The notes beneath the pieces were generated by a model. That model ran no database searches and had not been told where the DNA came from. It was given only the letters and a program-made list of their open reading frames with translations. Made by a program: the position numbers and the translations under genes. Shown here piece after piece: positions 28,731 to 32,000 of a stretch of DNA of 32,000 nt. Every line of letters starts with the position of its first letter. Within the stretch, counting starts at the first letter, position 1. Origin of the DNA: a cyanobacterium endosymbiont of Epithemia turgida isolate EtSB Lake Yunoko (lineage in GTDB: Bacteria; Cyanobacteriota; Cyanobacteriia; Cyanobacteriales; Microcystaceae); the NCBI RefSeq assembly GCF_000829235.1, contig NZ_AP012549.1:173397-205396 (forward strand), written 5' to 3'.

Positions 28731-29990
28731 ATGGATTCTCGTAAAAAATTAATGTCTAACAATTCGAGTTTCAGTGACACTAAATCTTCCGAAATGTCCA
28801 ATACAGTAGACGATTGTGGTATTCATAATAATAATCTGTTCTTGTCTCAATTGAACGATCCTTCAGAATCCCTTATAGAAGACATCAGGAGCAACAGAAT
28901 AGTGCCAAATAATGTGGCTAAAATAAAGGTCATTGGCGTTGGTGGTGGCGGATGTAATGCGGTTAACCGTATGGTTGAAAGTTCCTTGACTGGAATTGAG
29001 TTTTGGGCTATCAACACTGATGCTCAAGCTCTTTCTCAATCAGCAGCACCTCAACGTTTACAAATCGGACAAAAATTGACTAGAGGTCTAGGAGCTGGTG
29101 GAAATCCATCTATTGGGACTCAAGCTGCTGAAGAGTCTAGAGACGAAATCGCTCACGCTTTAGAAAATACCGACCTTGCTTTTATTACAGCTGGTATGGG
29201 TGGGGGAACTGGCACAGGAGCAGCTCCTATCGTTGCCGAGGTAGCAAAAGAAATGGGCTGTCTAACGGTAGGGGTTGTCACCCGTCCTTTTACCTTTGAA
29301 GGACGACGGCGTACTACTCAGGCAGCCGAAGGAGTCAATAATCTGCAAAATAACGTTGATACTCTCATTGTTATTCCTAATAACCAGTTACTACAAGTCA
29401 TTCCTCCAGACACTCCTTTGCAAGAAGCATTTCTGACAGCCGATAATATTCTGCGACAGGGGGTACAAGGGATTTCGGATATTATTACAATTCCTGGTTT
29501 AGTTAATGTAGACTTCGCGGATGTTAGGGCAGTGATGGCTGACGCAGGATCAGCATTAATGGGACTAGGAACTGGTTCAGGGAAATCTCGTGCTAATGAT
29601 GCGGCAGTACAGGCAATTTCTTCTCCTCTATTGGAACATTCGATTAAGGGAGCTAAAGGAGTTGTCTTTAATATTACTGGAGGCAGTGATCTCACCCTTC
29701 ATGAAGTAACAACAGCTGCTGAAACTATTTTTGAGGTAGTTGATCCCGAGGCCAATATTATCTTTGGAGCGGTTATTGATTCAGTGTTACAAGGAGAAGT
29801 AATAATTACAGTCATTGCGACAGGTTTTAGTGGAGAATCTGACAATATAGCTTCAAAAACAGTAAAGAGTACTTCTGTGCGAAGAGTAAGCAACACTACA
29901 ACTACCAAAGTTCTTGAGTCAGAATCTCCTAAACCCACAGGGTTAGATATTCCAGACTTTCTTCAACAACGTCGTTTTCCAAAACACTAG
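28731..29990 (+). CDS. ftsZ: Cell division GTPase FtsZ
   Basis: [13 protein letters not shown] is present, as are the tubulin signature [10 protein letters not shown] and NTDAQAL. The conserved C-terminal peptide is [12 protein letters not shown]. The exact start is uncertain because in-frame ATGs also occur at codons 8 and 22. Confidence 0.95.
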   Translation: MDSRKKLMSNNSSFSDTKSSEMSNTVDDCGIHNNNLFLSQLNDPSESLIEDIRSNRIVPNNVAKIKVIGVGGGGCNAVNRMVESSLTGIEFWAINTDAQALSQSAAPQRLQIGQKLTRGLGAGGNPSIGTQAAEESRDEIAHALENTDLAFITAGMGGGTGTGAAPIVAEVAKEMGCLTVGVVTRPFTFEGRRRTTQAAEGVNNLQNNVDTLIVIPNNQLLQVIPPDTPLQEAFLTADNILRQGVQGISDIITIPGLVNVDFADVRAVMADAGSALMGLGTGSGKSRANDAAVQAISSPLLEHSIKGAKGVVFNITGGSDLTLHEVTTAAETIFEVVDPEANIIFGAVIDSVLQGEVIITVIATGFSGESDNIASKTVKSTSVRRVSNTTTTKVLESESPKPTGLDIPDFLQQRRFPKH

Positions 29991-31681
29991 TTGATTAATA
30001 AGTATACTCGAAATAATTTTTATTAAAATCAATCTTATGAATAAGAGACTTTTTAAAATTTTGGTTTTCCTCATAACTTGATTTGAATAAAACATTAATC
30101 TAAGTATTTTTTGTTCAAGAAACTTACTACTATTACTAATCATTTGGTGTTAATTTTCTTTACTTTGATGCGTATTAAGCTCGTTTCAGAAGAAACCGCA
30201 AAGTAAATTCATGATAAATTAAAGTTTATAAAAAAATAAGTTTATATATTTATAAATTTTGTCAATCTTCAACTATAAAGTTTGTTTACTTAGTATTCTA
30301 TAGGTTGATTTCACATCATATAGTTGGATACGGTTAAAAATTTTTTTGATAAAGAGAAAACATAAAATATATAATTATATTAATCTAAAATAAATAATAG
30401 TATTAAGTTGTCCAAATAGGAATATTCTGAAGTCCAGAGATATATAGGGTTTTATTTTAATTGGCTTCGATCTAAATAAAAGTTAATCAAAACCTATATA
30501 TCTATATTAACTTTTTTAAGTTACAATATACGTAGAAAGTATTTTTTATTCAAAACCCTCTTGTTTTCTATAATGTGTTTTAAACTCTGATAAGAGTATC
30601 TAAACTTTTTTAAAGTAATACCATTCTCGTTAAGTTTAATTTTTTTTTCTAGCTAATGAGCAACTCTCGGCCCTGTATATATTTGCTAATATACTGATAT
30701 ATATTTTAATATATGAGCTAATTATTAAATAATTTGATTGGTTAACAAGGTTTTTTCTTCTTTATTTTAAATTCTTATTATTAATATTTTTGTCTATCTC
30801 TTCTTTTAATTTACTAAATTTTTTTGTATTTTTTTACTATAATCATAATCTATTACTACAGTGAATAAAATATTTTTGGGATTCCTTTCTAAAAAATTTT
30901 TAGAAGAAAGTGTTATCTTTTCAATTAGACGAAATTTTAACTTCCCATGTATTTATATTTTATTTTAAACAAACTAAAATATGAAGCTAAATAAAATTTT
31001 TTAACAATTTTTTGTATAAATCATTTCTTTCTTACTAAGAGTTAATGTTTTTATGATTAAATTGAGTAAAATTTAGTATTTACATAATTTTTTTTGATAA
31101 TTATATTGTTATATATATAAGTTATATAAATAAACCTATTACTATCTTATTTAAGATATCAAGACCGGGAATGGTAATTTATCTAAATTGAGAGTCTCAT
31201 TTATTAAACTAAATCGAGTATTTGATACTATAGGTATAAATTAAATTAAAATATTGCAGATATGATAACATCATATACATTAAAAATATGTATTTTAACA
31301 ACTATATTATTGATAATAAAATTATGTGTATATATAAATATGTATATTAAGTATATCTAGAGAACTTAAAGTTTTAAAAATCTAAAATAGTGTAGTATTA
31401 TTTTACATATTTTACTACTTAAATAATATTAGTTCACAGAATAGTTTCTAAAGTAATTATGTAGAATAAATAAACTTTCAGTCACAGAATGATAGTTTTA
31501 ATCTCATTTTTTATTTATTAGGTTATTTTAGGTTAAAGTTAATAAAGACTAAAAATTTTATTTCTAATTAAGATAGAGTGTAAATATAATTATTTTTGCA
31601 ATTTGATTAGGTTTTTAGATTAAATTATTAAAGTTCAAATTTAGTTTTTAGTTATTATAATATCTATCGATAATTTTATTT

Positions 31682-31711
31682 ATATTAGATTTTATATATA
31701 AAATCTAATAT
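31682..31711. repeat. Perfect 30-bp AT-only palindrome
   Basis: ATATTAGATTTTATATATAAAATCTAATAT equals its own reverse complement. It lies in an extremely AT-rich tract, so chance occurrence is less unlikely here than for the other hairpins. Confidence 0.6.
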
Positions 31712-32000
31712 CTATCTATTAATTTTTTATATATAAATAGAAATATAAAAAAATATTGTAATTTATACTTATAAATATATTTTTTTATCAGAAAATTATA
31801 TACTTTACTATGTTTGTTTATTAACTTTTGATAAAAAATAGTAGCAATATTTATATTCAAAACTAATTTAAAATATCTAATTTACGCAATTTTAAATCTA
31901 AATTAAAACTAAAATATAAACTACCTAAATTAGTATTTAGGTAACAACTTATAACTATAATATACCTATTAATAGAGACTATTATATTAATAAATTACAA

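Noticed and set aside
29318-29938. Two minus-strand ORFs (125 aa and 79 aa)
   Set aside because: Both lie antisense inside ftsZ. They are shadow frames of a highly conserved gene.
29943-30143. 66-aa minus-strand ORF overlapping the ftsZ stop
   Set aside because: It is an AT-driven I/L/K/F-rich sequence overlapping the ftsZ 3' end, with no start context or motif.
1-32000. Search for CRISPR arrays, IS elements/transposases, integrases, toxin-antitoxin or defence genes, rRNA, and HIP1 (GCGATCGC) sites
   Set aside because: I found no regularly spaced direct repeats, no ORF with transposase, integrase or nuclease hallmarks, and no rRNA-like sequence. Only truncated HIP1-like strings (for example GCGATCTT and GCGATCAA) were seen by eye. 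The spacers look decayed rather than accessory.

Overview
This window is a visibly AT-rich cyanobacterial chromosome segment carrying ordinary housekeeping genes. By motif reading I call 18 apparently intact protein genes. They are the 3' end of an ABC ATPase, recJ, a LapA-domain membrane protein, rsmD, hisH, a UbiH-family hydroxylase, an alpha/beta hydrolase, a GNAT acetyltransferase, two tandem Tic22-like genes, prmC, a PAP2 phosphatase plus an ArnT-like glycosyltransferase, hemH, a YqeG-type HAD phosphatase, a PfkB adenosine kinase, an S41 Ctp protease, ftsQ and ftsZ. There is also one tRNA-Pro(UGG). Intact genes cover only about 55% of the window. The rest is ORF-free, extremely AT-rich spacer of 0.3-2.2 kb, and several spacers contain recognisable gene wrecks. 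I found no rRNA, CRISPR array, transposase, integrase, phage or defence genes, and I cannot support any novel multi-gene system here. The interesting signals are all about genome decay. (1) hemH ends right after its catalytic core, with no C-terminal CAB helix, and is followed head-to-tail by a degenerate copy of about 213 bp of its own last ~70 codons. (2) A SAM-methyltransferase pseudogene lies divergent from hemH. (3) A frameshifted gene relic lies upstream of the ubiH-like gene. (4) Long, perfect or near-perfect hairpins of unrelated sequence (17-26 bp arms) sit in the decaying spacers. Together these suggest a genome-reduced, possibly non-photosynthetic cyanobacterial endosymbiont. That is an inference, not something the sequence proves.
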